Of a stretch of 64,000 bases of DNA, positions 63,486 to 64,000 are shown piece by piece. Origin of the DNA: Candidatus Altiarchaeota archaeon. Lineage in GTDB: Archaea; Altiarchaeota; Altiarchaeia; IMC4; QMZM01. The stretch is from assembly GCA_034659295.1 (NCBI GenBank), contig JAYEGX010000078.1:1175-65174 (forward strand), written 5' to 3'. The notes under the pieces were generated by a model. The model did not search any database and was not told where the DNA came from. It saw only the letters and a program-made list of their open reading frames with translations. The position numbers and the translations under genes were made by a program. How positions within the stretch are numbered: the stretch's first letter is position 1; each line of letters opens with the position of its first letter.

Positions 63486-64000
63486 CTACACCCGCACAAC
63501 CTCCAGCCCGGTGTTTTCCAGCAAACTCGTTACCCGCTTTTTTTCCTTACCCAACCCCTTCCATTCAATCAATGCAACATCCGGTTTTGGTAGGGTCTTG
63601 GATACCATCTCTTCCAGCATTGTCTCATCCAGGTAGGGTAGATTGTGTTTGGGGCAGATGTGTCCGATAGCATAGTCTTTTATCCTGGTGAACTTTGGGC
63701 AATAGTGCCCTCCACCTAATCCAATAGCTGTCTTATCTCCGTTTGCGGGTTCATAGGAAAGCAGTTCATTGATTACTTCAGCTGCTATAGAACACGCCCT
63801 CAGGTCGCCCCACTCTTTTTTTGTGCTTCCCACTTCCACGAAAAAAACAGGCTGCTTAAGCCCTGTGGGGCCGTGGTGGGTGCTCTCGAAGCTGACTTCA
63901 TAGTTGATGCCCTCCCTTTCTTGTTTCTCCTGCAGAAGCTGGAGCGCCTTCCGCAGATAAAAAGCTGGCGCATAAGAAAGCTCGCAGGGGTTTCCTCCAT
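63486..64000 (-). pseudogene. dtdA: archaeal-type D-aminoacyl-tRNA deacylase (DtdA), 5'-truncated by the window edge and frameshifted at an 8-nt homopolymer
   Basis: Downstream frame: (V)EVGSTKKEWGD...GLGGGHYCPKFT. Upstream frame (own translation): ...LQEKQEREGINYEVSFESTHHGPTGLKQPVFF. The two join as THHGP...PVFF|VEVGS only if the run at 63841-63848 is one base shorter. Confidence 0.7.

Noticed and set aside
63800-64000. 66-aa minus-strand ORF MEETPASFLMRQ...
   Set aside because: Wrong frame. The neighbouring frame without an in-window start reads as the conserved DtdA middle region (ESTHHGP).

Overview
Dense archaeal chromosomal window with about 60 protein genes on both strands, many with 4-14 nt start/stop overlaps and GGAGGTGA-type ribosome-binding sites. 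Archaeal identity rests on an archaeal-type AlaRS, ribosomal proteins eS1 (S3Ae) and uS15, KEOPS Pcc1, CDC48/VCP, Trm1, a DtdA-type deacylase, a FlaI/PilB-type ATPase, HerA and NurA, an archaeal signal peptidase, isopentenyl phosphate kinase and aconitase-X. Housekeeping blocks: purS-purL-purQ, galU-like, GGPP synthase, alaS, grx-trxB, corA, aminotransferases, a RecJ/GAN-like nuclease, nnr, cdc48, truD, glmM/PMM and lysA. I found no rRNA, tRNA or CRISPR array. Points worth a second look: (1) a six-gene operon for the whole lower half of the anhydromevalonate-phosphate (archaeal) mevalonate pathway; (2) an AT-rich eight-gene glycosylation operon with a homolog of plant RGP/UDP-arabinopyranose mutase (GT75), a split-looking GT-C pair and a membrane-anchored AMMECR1-like/alpha-toroid fusion; (3) a textbook C/D-box sRNA candidate right after the glmM-like stop codon; (4) a duplicated, diverged truD 5' end sharing a 45-bp identical core, bracketing a UPF0175/PIN toxin-antitoxin pair and a transposase-like remnant, which looks like an integration scar; (5) two genes (a CheY-like receiver and DtdA) broken at A10 and A8 homopolymers, either sequencing indels or real inactivation; (6) accessory items: a second VapBC next to a HerA-like ATPase, a lipobox serpin in an AT-rich patch, two Cys-rich repeat surface proteins and a GpgS/GpgP compatible-solute pair. 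All calls come from reading the supplied translations and DNA by eye. No database search was possible.
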